Part shown: positions 51,018 to 61,555 of the stretch, in pieces
How positions within the stretch are numbered: position 1 is the first letter of the stretch
Layout of the letters: each line of letters opens with the position of its first letter
Assembly: GCA_963708295.1 (NCBI GenBank)
Contig: CAVPSJ010000004.1
Span: forward strand, 160,001-224,000
Length of the DNA: 64,000 bases
DNA from: an uncultured delta proteobacterium
GTDB taxonomy: Bacteria > Desulfobacterota > BSN033 > UBA1163
Direction: 5' to 3'
Notes under the pieces: model-generated
The model's database searches: none
Seen by the model: the letters and a program-made list of their open reading frames with translations, nothing else
What the model was told of the DNA's origin: nothing
Position numbers and translations under genes: made by a program

Positions 51018-52256
51018 ATGAAAATGAGTAAGAGAAGAGTCGTCGTTGTAGGCATGGGGATACGATCTCCTATCGGCAATACCCCCGGAGAGCTCTTAAA
51101 ATCTCTCAAGGAACGCCGAAGCGGCATTTCCATCATGCCCGAGTGGGGAAATATAAAGGGGTTACGAACCCGCGTGGCCGGATTGTGTGATATTAAAGGC
51201 GAGGAAGAATCCATCCCCCGGCAATACCGGCGAAGCATGGGCAGGGTGGGAATGCTGGCAGCCCTCTCAGCCGTTGACGCAGTGAAGGCATCCGGCCTGA
51301 GCGAAGACGAGATCGCTTCGCAGGCTTGTGGCATCTCTTACGGATCTACCGAAGGGAGCGTGAGAAGTCAAATGGATTATATAGGCAACATGGTCCAGAA
51401 CCGCTCCCTCGAAGGCATCCCCCCATCCTGGTACTTGAAATGCATGAGCCATACGTGTGCAGGTAACCTTTCAATTCTATTCCATACGAGAGGACCTTTC
51501 ATCGCGTCTTGCCCGGCCTGTGTTTCGGGTTCCCAGGGAATTGGATTTGGTTATGAGGCGATCAAGACCGGAAAGGCGGACCTCATGATCACAGGCGGGG
51601 CAGACGAGGTCGACGTTCTCTCTGCCGCCGTGTTCGACCTGATGATGGCCACCTCATCCAACTACAATGACCGGCCCTCGGAAACCCCCCGACCCTTCGA
51701 TGAAAAAAGGGATGGCCTGGTCGTGGCCGAAGGGGCGGCGACTTTGGTCCTTGAGGAGTACGAGCGGGCCAAAAAACGAGGGGCCCCTATTTTGGGAGAG
51801 ATCGAAGGCTTCTGGACGAACGGAAGCGGTGTGCATCTTACAAACTCAGATGCCCGGTCTATGGAAGAGTGTTTGCTCGCTGCGTTGAAAGACGCCGGGC
51901 GCAGTCCGGATGAAATCCAATATGTGAACGCCCATGCAACTGGCACGACCCACGGAGACGAAGTCGAGGCAACGGCTATCAACAAGATTTACGGGCCGGG
52001 TGTCCCGACTGCCTCCCTCAAAGGTCACATGGGTCACACCATGGGAGCCTGCGGAGCGATCGAGGCCATCGCCGCCCTTCTCATGATGCGGGAAGGCTTC
52101 ATTGCTCCCACATTGAATCTTGAGAACCCGGACCCGGTCCTTCCGCCGTTAAACCACGTGATTGGCGAATCGCGGGACCATCGGGCTCGTCTTGCTGCAA
52201 GCAACAATTTCGCCTTTGGGGGAGTCAACACTTCATTAGTCTTGGGTTTGGTCTAA
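51018..52256 (+). CDS. Beta-ketoacyl-ACP synthase (FabF/ApeR-like)
   Basis: C-H-H triad: ACVSG, NAHATGT, KGHMGHT; NNFAFGGVN. Confidence 0.95.
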   Translation: MKMSKRRVVVVGMGIRSPIGNTPGELLKSLKERRSGISIMPEWGNIKGLRTRVAGLCDIKGEEESIPRQYRRSMGRVGMLAALSAVDAVKASGLSEDEIASQACGISYGSTEGSVRSQMDYIGNMVQNRSLEGIPPSWYLKCMSHTCAGNLSILFHTRGPFIASCPACVSGSQGIGFGYEAIKTGKADLMITGGADEVDVLSAAVFDLMMATSSNYNDRPSETPRPFDEKRDGLVVAEGAATLVLEEYERAKKRGAPILGEIEGFWTNGSGVHLTNSDARSMEECLLAALKDAGRSPDEIQYVNAHATGTTHGDEVEATAINKIYGPGVPTASLKGHMGHTMGACGAIEAIAALLMMREGFIAPTLNLENPDPVLPPLNHVIGESRDHRARLAASNNFAFGGVNTSLVLGLV

Positions 52257-52460
52257 ACGATGGGTTCCCTCGCGACATCCCCAGGTTCCTCCGCCATTCG
52301 ATGAGCGAAGAATACATCCTTCTTTAAGAAAAGTTGCTGTCTCCCTTTCTTTCCGCGGTGGTTTGCCCCGTTTGAGATTTGTCTCTAAACGGCGCGAACA
52401 CGAGCCTTCATGCCCCGTGTGAACCTTCCCATGAAAAAGTGGAAGACTTTCTAACGGGGT

Positions 52461-53186
52461 TTATTTCCGTAATCTGGATGGGATCAAGATCCTCGTGGCG
52501 ACCAGCCGGGTGAAGGTCTGGGTGTTACGCCAGAAATCCAGCCATGGCCGGAAGTGGGAAACCCTCTCGTCACGAGGCCCGTAGATGGCACGAACAGGCG
52601 TCTCCACAATGGGAATCCCGCGCCAAACTGCCCGGACCAGAACCTCCACTTCAAACTGGTATCTCCTGGCCCTGGTCCCGAGGCGCAGGGTTTCAGGAAG
52701 GGGATAAACCCGAAATCCGGACTGCGAATCGGAAAGCCATCTGCCGCATGAGGTCCAGACCCAGAAGTTGGCGAATTTTCGGCCCCAGCGGCTGGTCCAG
52801 GGTACGTTCCCATGTCCCATTCCCACGCGTTTTCCTATCACCAGGGGCCGCTGTCCCTCCGGGACTGTCTGGATCAGAGAGATCAGTGAGAGGATATCCT
52901 CTGGATCGTGCTGGCCGTCTGCGTCAATCGTGATCGCCCAGTCCGCGAAGGGGAGGGCGCCGGCAAACCCCGTCAACAAAGCGGCTCCTTTACCCTGATT
53001 CTCCTTATGGTGGATCACGGTTACGCGAGAAAGGGAAGCGAGAACAAAGGGGGTGGAGTCTGTCGAACCATCATCCACCACAATTACAGGCAGCCGGAGC
53101 TCGAGGCATTTCTCGACAACCCCCCGCACCTGCGCCCCATGGTTATAAGTGGGAATCACAATGGCACAGCGAAGAGGTGTGGTCAT
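52461..53186 (-). CDS. Glycosyltransferase family 2 (ApeJ-like GT domain)
   Basis: VIPTYN, DDGSTD, DADGQH, DSQSGFRVYP, SHFRP. Confidence 0.92.
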   Translation of the reverse strand: MTTPLRCAIVIPTYNHGAQVRGVVEKCLELRLPVIVVDDGSTDSTPFVLASLSRVTVIHHKENQGKGAALLTGFAGALPFADWAITIDADGQHDPEDILSLISLIQTVPEGQRPLVIGKRVGMGHGNVPWTSRWGRKFANFWVWTSCGRWLSDSQSGFRVYPLPETLRLGTRARRYQFEVEVLVRAVWRGIPIVETPVRAIYGPRDERVSHFRPWLDFWRNTQTFTRLVATRILIPSRLRK

Positions 53187-53267
53187 GAGAAGAGGAATCC
53201 TGGAAATACTGTGTCCACCTCGGGGGGTCCTTATACCAGCACCGCCTCAAGGCTCGGGCGGAACCAG

Positions 53268-55034
53268 CTACCAACTCCCGCCACCTCCTCCACCAAAGCC
53301 GCCTCCGGAAGAACCCCCCCCTCCAAAACCACCGCCGCTCCCGCCCCCACTGCTTCCCCTCGGTGCGGAGAACATGGCAGAGGCAAGGTTCGAGGTGACG
53401 GAATTGATGGAATGGGCAAAGGCATAGGGAGTGAACGTCCGGAATCCTCCTGGGGAGACATACCAGTCGGGCGGGTCTTGGTAAATCCCTTTAAAGGCCT
53501 TTGCCCAGTGATCAACCACATCGAGGGCGATGGCATAAGGCAGGAATTTCGAGAAAAGATCTTTATCTCCCATTCGCTCAAGCCGATCTTTCTCGGCACG
53601 GTTCATGAATTCCTGAAAACCCAAAATGTCCATGTAAGCCAAAGCTCCCGCTCTTGTTTTTGCAGGCATGAACTTCGCGAAGCCAAGGACCGAGACCCCT
53701 ATTAAGAAAGCCGCGATGATGCCTTTCCATCCCGGGTTGGGTATAAAGAAACACAAGCAAGGACACCAAATACAAAAACAAGGATACCCCGCAACCCTAT
53801 ACGAATTTCTCACATTCTCCGGGTTGCTGAGAAAGTATTTTTTCCTTATGAGCTCTCCAAAGAGCACCTTTTTCAAAACGGGCAAATTGGCATAGAATTT
53901 ATTCTTCAGATCAGAAACAAGGTTCCCGGCAAGGCAGCCGGGAAAAAGTCTTTCATCAGCTCTATTTCAAAAGGGTTGAGATTCGAATCGGCCTCTTTTA
54001 CCTTCTTCAGGTAGTAATCCGTTTTATGAAAAATCAGTCCTTCTTTCTTCGTCTCTTCGATCTTGACGATATCCCTTAACCGCCAAGGCCGACAATTGTT
54101 GAAGTGATATCTCTTGGGTCGAGTTTTTCATCGATGAGGGTCCCGACCTCGGCCGGGGTGAGGGGCTGGTTGTCAAATTTCGGAGGTTCATACATGACGG
54201 TAATGGCCTCCCTCACTTTTGGATCTCTCCCCTTTCGATACCACTGATTGCAACATAAAGACAAAGAAAAAATGGGGAGCATAAATACCCAGTTTTCTCC
54301 AAGATTCATTGTCCACAAGAATCTCTTCCACGAAGACGGTGGAGAGACAAGCCCTTTATCCCACCCAAAGGCAATGGTCAGCCCTTCCCCCACGCCAAGG
54401 CTTCTCTTTGTAAAAAATTTAGCTCCATTCTCATAGGTTTGATATTCACAGTCCGATTCTTTCGAACCGGAACGCCCCGTGAAGGCCGCGGCCATGACAT
54501 TCTTGCTCTTCTCCTTAACAGCCAGGGCGGCAGTCCGCAGAGGCCTCCTTGATGGGCGCCTTCCAGTAATTTCCGGTCACGTTCCAGTAGAGCTCATCGT
54601 GATCCTTAAAGAAGAGGATCGCATTTTCGACTTGATAGGTAATGACATAAGTCTGATTCCCATCCACATATCGGTCGGGGTGGCCAATCCGTGATGTTGA
54701 GGATCGGACCGCTTCTTTCAAGCCTTGTATTTCCAGGCCTTTCCTGTGCCATCTTGACGGAGATAAACTCTGATGGGAGTCACAATGCCTTTGCCGAATT
54801 CATCCCTGTATTTGAAAGGGATCTCCCGGTAGATGCCATGTCTCGGCCGATCAAATTTCACATCGATCGTCTCTTTAACAGTAAAAGACGAATCGCGATG
54901 GATGGTGATATCGGAGTGAAATTTCGTAATGGTAAAGAACTGGGCAAAGGCAGGAGAAATAAGAAGGATGAGGCTGAGGTTAAGGCTCAGGGTGACAAAG
55001 ACAAAGAAACGGACAAACGGCTCCTGCTTTTCAT
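53268..55034 (-). CDS. DUF2207 membrane protein (several frameshifts)
   Basis: HGIYREIP, ELYWNVTGN.W, LTIAFGW, LPYAIAL, Gly-rich GGGGGGSW end; follows lemA. Confidence 0.88.
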
Positions 55035-55099
55035 TCAATTCCCTCGATTCCGATCTAAGGCCGCAAATTAAAGGGCGAGCAATGTCGCCTCTGCCCTTC

Positions 55100-55150
55100 G
55101 ATGGCATTATCCTCTCCGCATTCCGCAATCTGCAATCTGAAATCTGTAAT
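55100..55150. repeat. Short degenerate heptamer tandem repeat
   Basis: tccgcat tccgcaa tctgcaa tctgaaa tctgtaa. Confidence 0.6.
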
Positions 55151-55707
55151 TCTGAAAAACTGACTTTAGGCGCTTTTCGCTCCGCCTCCGGGGCCTCGAG
55201 CTGGAAGAGCTCTTCCCTCTTGAAGTTGAATTGGAGGCGATCAGGTTTGACGGAAACGTTTCGGTCGAGGATGTTGTAGTCCCGGACCACGGCATTGTAG
55301 TATCTTCTTGCCGATTCGATATTGTTTTCCAATTCCTGAAGCTGAGACTGAAGTTGAAGAAAGTTGGTATTGGCTTTTAATTCGGGATAGGCCTCTGCCA
55401 CGGCAAAGAGGCTCTTCAGGGTATCCCGAACATATTTTCAGCCTTCGCCATTTCCGCAGGTGTCGTTGCCTTCATGGCCATCGATCTTGCCTTTGTCACC
55501 TTTTCAAAGACCGATTTCTCATGAGCGGCATAGCCCTTGACGGTCTCGACCAGATTGGGTACGAGGTCGTAATCGCTTTTTACACTGGACATCAATATCC
55601 GACCACGAGGACTTCACCGTATTTCTGAGTCGGACGAGTTTGTTGTACATCGCGATCACTGCGAAGACAATGACGGCAAGGATGACAAGAATGACGATGA
55701 AGGTCAT
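55150..55707 (-). CDS. lemA: LemA family protein (frameshifted)
   Basis: [18 protein letters not shown]; [28 protein letters not shown]. Confidence 0.92.
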
Positions 55708-56015
55708 TTTTCTCCTCCTTTCCTCAGATCATTCTGTAGATTACAGAATCTCAAGAATTTTTGCAAGGGTTCTCTGGTTCAATACCGAGATTGGATATGG
55801 TTGTGAGGTTACTACCTTGGGTTCAAGGCCTTATTTGATCCTGAAGAAAGCAGGCGGGTAACAACCATGTGGGAAGAAGTCATCCTCGTATTCGCTCGTC
55901 ATTTCTAAAAGAAGCCCAGGGCTGAATGGACACGAAGCAATTGCAAAAGGGGCATCCGCCACTCAACCAAACGGTCAACACAATACAGTGAAGGACGGAA
56001 AGGGAACGGTTATCA

Positions 56016-56492
56016 TTACTTTCGATTAACCCGTCTCCTGTCTCCGCTCGTCATGCCCGCTCGATTCAAAACCTTCTTGACGTATTGGCTCGTCACCGGT
56101 CTTTTTGAATTCGGATCGCCACTATGATAGTGTCGCAATACCTTATCCCATGACACATACATCTTGTATAAATCCCCCAAGTACTGGATACCACACCGCA
56201 AATTCTCCTCCGGATCATATGCCAGATCCCAACTCTTCCCCTTCATGAAAATGTTCCAGACCTCTTCCGATACTTGCATGAGACCCCGGCAATTGGCAAC
56301 GGACTTGGCAAGAGGGTTACCAGACGACTCTGTATGGATAACCGCATAGACCAACTCGACGGGGACATCGACGGCCTTTGATTCAACGTTTATAAGATTC
56401 TGCAATGTAAGAATTCCTTGCGTTGATACTTCTCCGACTCCGATCAGCACAAGAGCAGGAACAAGAAAAATGATTGCGATCACGTTCTTCAT
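56016..56492 (-). CDS. Soluble lytic transglycosylase (SLT domain)
   Basis: AVIHTESSG, GLMQV, YDPEENLRCG..YL. Confidence 0.9.
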   Translation of the reverse strand: MKNVIAIIFLVPALVLIGVGEVSTQGILTLQNLINVESKAVDVPVELVYAVIHTESSGNPLAKSVANCRGLMQVSEEVWNIFMKGKSWDLAYDPEENLRCGIQYLGDLYKMYVSWDKVLRHYHSGDPNSKRPVTSQYVKKVLNRAGMTSGDRRRVNRK

Positions 56493-56990
56493 TTCGCCTC
56501 CCCAAGCCCCGGGAACAAAGCCAAAACCCTTTATGGCGCCCTTAATCCCTCGTCCTCTAATGAATAGAGCTTTAAACAAAAGAAATGAGAGCAAAATCAG
56601 CGCCAAAATTTAATTGTTGATATTGCTGCAAACAGATGTTCATTTAGGACAATTGAGTTAAAAATGTTCCAATTTAACAAAACTAGAAAGTGGAAGTACT
56701 TTTCACAAAATTCCCTAATTCCTTCCCTCGAATAGGTAAGACTCTTCAGGTTGTGTGTAAAATGGGGGAATCCCCGATATCAGAAACCATCCCGAGCGAT
56801 CGTCTAAGGGGGCTGATAAATACACTATCTTTCCTCCTAAAATAGGGATTTCACCTTATTCCTTTTTGTCCAGTCCTCTAATAGGGTAAGAATGAAAATA
56901 GTACGACGTATCGAATTCTTTATGATTTGCACCCCTCCCCTTCACTCTCCACACTGGGGGGAGGGGGAGGATCATTCCCGGGAGGAAGTT

Positions 56991-57623
56991 ATGGATAAGG
57001 ACAAAGAGGAAAAAGATGGCCGTTGCGCAAGAGGGGTCACGCGCCGTGGATTTCTACAATTAATGGGAGCCGGCGCTGCGGCCTCGGTCACTACCGGTAC
57101 GTTAGCTGCTGAATCCGCCACAGAGATGATCACCCCTGCGGAAATGAGTAAGGTGACTCTGCAGATTAACGGCCGTCGGCACCGCCTCCTCATCGAACCA
57201 CGCTGGTCTCTTCTTTATGTCATCCGGGAAAGACTGGGGCTGACCGGGACAAAAATCGGCTGTGAGCGCGGGGAGTGTGGCGCCTGCACCGTGCTCATCA
57301 ATGGTCAGCCCCGCTACGCCTGTCTGATTCTCGCCGCGGAAGCCGAAGGAACGGAGGTTACGACTCTGGAAGGACTCATGAACGGGGAAGACCTTGGCTC
57401 TGTCCAGCAAGCTTTTGTGGAAAGCGATGCTTTCCAGTGCGGGTACTGCACCCCGGGCCAGATTATGGCCGCCGAGGGTCTTCTCCGCGCCAACCCGAAT
57501 CCTTCCATCGAAGAAATCCGACGAGGGATGAGCGGCAACCTCTGCCGCTGCGGCACCTATCCAAATATTTTTAAAGCCGTGCGCCGCGGGGCTGAGCTCA
57601 AAAGGGTTAAGGGAGGTGCGTGA
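56991..57623 (+). CDS. Xanthine dehydrogenase-family 2Fe-2S subunit with Tat signal (PaoA/YagT-like)
   Basis: TRRGFL twin-arginine motif; GCERGECGAC, QCGYC, NLCRC. Confidence 0.93.
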   Translation: MDKDKEEKDGRCARGVTRRGFLQLMGAGAAASVTTGTLAAESATEMITPAEMSKVTLQINGRRHRLLIEPRWSLLYVIRERLGLTGTKIGCERGECGACTVLINGQPRYACLILAAEAEGTEVTTLEGLMNGEDLGSVQQAFVESDAFQCGYCTPGQIMAAEGLLRANPNPSIEEIRRGMSGNLCRCGTYPNIFKAVRRGAELKRVKGGA

Positions 57624-59941
57624 TGAAAACAGAGGAAGCAAGACTCTACTACGTTCAGGGGCTCCCTGTCCCCGAAACCCCGAAGCCGAGTCAGGACCCG
57701 AAGCCCTGGAAAGAGACAGAAGTGATCGGCAAGCCCATGCCCCGTGTGGACGCCTATGAAAGGACCAGCGGCTCCGCCGTCTACCCTTCTGACACTTCTC
57801 TGCCTGACATGCTCTACGGTGCCATTCTCCGGTGTCCTCATCCTCATGCCAGGGTGAAGGAAGTCGTGACCGGTGATGCCGAGAAGATGCCCGGAGTCCG
57901 TGCTGTGATCACCGGCAAGACCCCCGGAGCTAACATTGATTGGCCCTATCTGGGAGGAATAAAGACCAAACTCTTCGACGCCCTCTGCCGGCATGAAGGT
58001 GAGGAAATCGCCGCCGTGGCGGCTGAGACTCCTTACCAGGCATGGGACGCCCTCAAGAAAATCAAGGTGAACTATGAGGTGCTGTCCTTCGTGGTGGACG
58101 AGCGAAAATCTCTTGAGTCAGGTGTTCCATCGATTCATGAAGGCGGGAACCGAGTGGGTGAGCAAAAATACGAGCGGGGCGACGTTGAGAAAGGGTTCGC
58201 TGAGGCGGATGTGGTGATCGAAGAAAGCTACAGGAGCGAAAGCGAACTCCATACCCCCATGGAACTTCACGGGTGTGTCGCCAAATGGGACGGAGACCGT
58301 CTGACCCTCTGGGAATCCACCCAGGGAGTTTACGCCGTACAGGCAAGAGTCGCTGAAGTGCTCGGGCTTTCCCTTTCCAATGTTCGGGTCATCGGCCACT
58401 ACATGGGTGGCGGCTTCGGCAGTAAGCTACAGCCGGGCAAGTACACGATTATCGCTGCATTGCTGGCGAAGAAGACGGCTCGCCCGGTCAAGCTCTTCCT
58501 TACCCGCGATGAAACCTATCTTTGTGTTGGCAACCGGCCTCCCTGCAACATGAAACTGAAAGCTGGAGTCAAGAAAGACGGCACGATGACGGCCCTCGAC
58601 TTTAGCTGTATCGGGACAGGGGGCGCTTATCCGGCAAACGGGACGGGTCTGGTGGACTGGCTCATTCGGGACCTCTACTTATGCCCAAACGTGCGAACCA
58701 AAATGACGGACGTCTATATCAACGCCGGTCCGGCCCGGCCCTTCAGGGCTCCGGGTCACCCCCAAGGCTCCTGGGCTTTGGAGCAGATGCTTGATGCCTT
58801 AGCTCGCGCCATTGATATGGACCCTGTTGAGCTCCGGTTGAAGAATATCCCCACCTACAGCCAAGCCCGTGACGGCAACCCTCCTTATACCACCACCGGC
58901 CTCAAGAAATGCCTGGAGGAGGGAGCCAAGGCCTTCGGATGGAAGGAGGCTAGAGGGAAGGGGGAGCCAAAGGGACATATTCGCCGCGGTGTGGGAATGG
59001 CGAGCGGTTTATGGTTCGCCGGGGGCGGTGGACCCCCTTCCACGGTGGTCGTCAAGTTCTTTCCCGATGGGAGCGCCAACCTGAATATGGGCGCCAGTGA
59101 CCTTGGCACGGGGACCAAAACGGTCATGGCCATGGTTGTCTCGGAGGAATTAGGAATCCCGACAAGAAAGATCCAGATCGAGCATGCCGACACAGGAACC
59201 ACCCAGTATGCTACACCCAGCGGGGGCAGCAAAACGATCCCTACGGAATCGCCAACGGTTCGCGCAGCCTGCCTGGATGTCAAAAAGCAACTGTTCAAGA
59301 TGGCGGCCAAGGACTTAAAAACGGACCCCTCCGACCTGACGCTAAGGAAGGGCGAGGTAATTTCGAGTAGCGAACCTTCAAAGAAGATGAAGATCGCCGA
59401 TATCTCCGATTTCAAAAAACGCGGACTGGTCCTTGGAGTAGGTTATCGCGGTCCGAATCCGGAAAACAAAGTCGTCAACCCTTTTGTCGCCCAGTTCTGC
59501 GAGGTAGAAGTCAATACGAAGACGGGCGAGGTCAAGGTGTTGCGCTTCCTTGCTGCCCAGGAGAGCGGCCGGGTGATGAACAGACTGACCTTCGACAACC
59601 AGGTCATTGGAGGAATTACCATGGGAATTGGTTTCGGGATGACCGAGGTTCGGGTTCTGGATGGCGATCAGACAGGAAAGATGGTCAACAAAAACTGGCA
59701 TGACTACAAGCTTCCGACGGCTCTGGATGTTCCTCTGGAGATCACTTCCATGCCCGTTGAGCTTGAGGATCCCATCGCCAATAGTGCCGGGGCGAAGGGA
59801 TTGGGAGAGCCGGTGACAATCCCCACTGCACCAGCCATCGCCAATGCGATCTATGATGCGACCGGCGTGCGGGCGACCCGAACGCCCGTCAACCCGTTAC
59901 AGCTCTGCCAGTTGATCTCGGATCGCCGGAAGGAGAAATGA
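57623..59941 (+). CDS. Xanthine dehydrogenase-family molybdopterin subunit (PaoC/YagR-like)
   Basis: GGGFGSK, FRAPG, DLGTG, SGGS, AKGLGE. Confidence 0.93.
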   Translation: MKTEEARLYYVQGLPVPETPKPSQDPKPWKETEVIGKPMPRVDAYERTSGSAVYPSDTSLPDMLYGAILRCPHPHARVKEVVTGDAEKMPGVRAVITGKTPGANIDWPYLGGIKTKLFDALCRHEGEEIAAVAAETPYQAWDALKKIKVNYEVLSFVVDERKSLESGVPSIHEGGNRVGEQKYERGDVEKGFAEADVVIEESYRSESELHTPMELHGCVAKWDGDRLTLWESTQGVYAVQARVAEVLGLSLSNVRVIGHYMGGGFGSKLQPGKYTIIAALLAKKTARPVKLFLTRDETYLCVGNRPPCNMKLKAGVKKDGTMTALDFSCIGTGGAYPANGTGLVDWLIRDLYLCPNVRTKMTDVYINAGPARPFRAPGHPQGSWALEQMLDALARAIDMDPVELRLKNIPTYSQARDGNPPYTTTGLKKCLEEGAKAFGWKEARGKGEPKGHIRRGVGMASGLWFAGGGGPPSTVVVKFFPDGSANLNMGASDLGTGTKTVMAMVVSEELGIPTRKIQIEHADTGTTQYATPSGGSKTIPTESPTVRAACLDVKKQLFKMAAKDLKTDPSDLTLRKGEVISSSEPSKKMKIADISDFKKRGLVLGVGYRGPNPENKVVNPFVAQFCEVEVNTKTGEVKVLRFLAAQESGRVMNRLTFDNQVIGGITMGIGFGMTEVRVLDGDQTGKMVNKNWHDYKLPTALDVPLEITSMPVELEDPIANSAGAKGLGEPVTIPTAPAIANAIYDATGVRATRTPVNPLQLCQLISDRRKEK

Positions 59942-59944
59942 GCC

Positions 59945-60925
59945 ATGTCGATGCCGAACTTCAGCTATGTAAAAGCAAAGTCACTCAAAGAGGCGATCAG
60001 CCACCTTTCATCAAAAGGGGCGAGAATCCATGCAGGTGGGACCGACCTCCTGGGCTGCCTTCGGGATGATATTTTCGAGGCCGAAAAATTGGTGAGCATC
60101 GGGCAACTCAAGGCCCTCCGCGGTATCAGCCAGGCAAGCGACGGCGGACTCCGGATCGGAGCCCTCACCACGATTGCCGAAATTGAAAATAATAAGACCC
60201 TCCGGGAGCGCTATTCCGCCCTGGCCCAGGCTGCCTCTGAGGTGGGAAGCCCTCAACTTCGGAACCAGGGGACGATTGGCGGAAACATCTGCCAGAAGCC
60301 CCGGTGCTGGTACTATCGGGGAGAATTCAATTGCCTTCGTAAGGGCGGAGATACGTGTTACGCGTACCAGGGTGAAAACCAGTTTCACTGCATCTTCGGC
60401 GGGGATGGGTGCTACATCGTCCATCCCTCAGACACGGCCCCTGCCCTCGTTGCCTTCGAGGCCATGGTCCGGGTGAGCGGGCCGGGTGGAACCCGTCTTG
60501 TGCCCATCGCAAAATTTCATGTTCCTCCCGGCGAGAATGTCCAGAAAGAAACTATTCTGAAACCCAATGAAATCGTCAATGAGATTCTTCTGCCGTCAGC
60601 GAAGGGAACGCTGCACAGTTCCTATCGAAAAGTGCGCGCCCGTCGATCCTGGGACTTTGCCCTGGCAAGTGTGGCCCTGGTACTGCAATTCGACGGCGAC
60701 AAGATTGCCAGGGCACGTGTCGTGTTTGGCGGCGCAGCGCCCGTTCCCTGGCGTTCCAAAGAAGTTGAAGAGGCGATTACCGGCAGACGCTTGGATGCTG
60801 AGACCGTGACCAGGGCGGCAGCCGCTGCCGTCAAGAATGCTCAACCCTTGAAACAGAACGGTTACAAGATTCCTCTCTTTCGCGGCATGATAGAGGAAGA
60901 GCTTACAGCCATCGCCCGCGTGTAG
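59945..60925 (+). CDS. Xanthine dehydrogenase-family FAD subunit with 4Fe-4S insert (PaoB/YagS-like)
   Basis: AGGTDL, QLRNQGTIGGN, RCWYYR...C.RKGG..C...C..HPSD, WDFA. Confidence 0.93.
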   Translation: MSMPNFSYVKAKSLKEAISHLSSKGARIHAGGTDLLGCLRDDIFEAEKLVSIGQLKALRGISQASDGGLRIGALTTIAEIENNKTLRERYSALAQAASEVGSPQLRNQGTIGGNICQKPRCWYYRGEFNCLRKGGDTCYAYQGENQFHCIFGGDGCYIVHPSDTAPALVAFEAMVRVSGPGGTRLVPIAKFHVPPGENVQKETILKPNEIVNEILLPSAKGTLHSSYRKVRARRSWDFALASVALVLQFDGDKIARARVVFGGAAPVPWRSKEVEEAITGRRLDAETVTRAAAAAVKNAQPLKQNGYKIPLFRGMIEEELTAIARV

Positions 60926-60947
60926 AGAGGGATGAAAGGAGAACAGG

Positions 60948-61283
60948 ATGGCAGTGGAAAAGATGTGGTCTTACAAAAACTTTGATGTTAGCGAAGGGCT
61001 CAAGCCCGGGAGTAAGCATTTCCAATATTTCTTTGTGGTTTCTGAAAAAGGCAAGAAAAAATGTAATTACTGTGTATGGATCGACGATGAGAACCTAACC
61101 CACTTCACCACTCATTCCAAGGAATTTGAAGAAATTGCGTCCCTCAAGAAAGACCAATGGAAGAAATGGGTTCAGGGAAAAATCGATCAGGGAGATTTCA
61201 AAAATCTAGTTTTGAAGCTCGAAAAAAACGGCCAGAAAGAGATCGATCTTTCTGAAATGAAGAAGGCGCTGAAGCCCGAGTGA
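60948..61283 (+). CDS. Hypothetical protein
   Basis: 111-aa ORF with AGGAG RBS directly after the FAD subunit. Confidence 0.7.
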   Translation: MAVEKMWSYKNFDVSEGLKPGSKHFQYFFVVSEKGKKKCNYCVWIDDENLTHFTTHSKEFEEIASLKKDQWKKWVQGKIDQGDFKNLVLKLEKNGQKEIDLSEMKKALKPE

Positions 61284-61301
61284 TGGGTATCAAATCAGGG
61301 T

Positions 61302-61528
61302 TCACCGCTGAGACGCAGAGAACGCCGAGGTTTTTTTTGTGATCCAATCCTTCGAGACACAAGATTGGATCACAAGCGCTTACCCTTCGGGAAATTTCAA
61401 GCTTTGTACCAAGGCTTTAGCCCTGCAACAAGGTAGGTTCTCATCTAGAACAGAGCTTTTTGTTTGGCGGCCTCTCACCGCCAAACAAAAACAATCATTT
61501 CTCCGCGTCCTCTGCGGCTCTGCGGTGA
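61302..61528. repeat. MITE/REPIN-like element with 28-bp terminal inverted repeats
   Basis: tcaccgctgagacgcagagaacgccgag vs reverse complement of 61501-61528 (24/28); internal hairpins gtgatccaatc/gattggatcac and tttgtttggcgg/ccgccaaacaaa. Confidence 0.8.
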
Positions 61529-61555
61529 GATTTCTATTTTGACAAGAATGGTTCC

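Noticed and set aside
1-55707. Many frameshifted genes (dhs, ino1, TRAP permease, CoA ligase, TPP enzyme, DUF2207, lemA) as programmed frameshifting or mass pseudogenisation
   Set aside because: Breaks are single-base indels clustered in patches, with intact motifs and no accumulation of in-frame stops; sequencing/assembly error is the simplest explanation. Read mapping would settle it.
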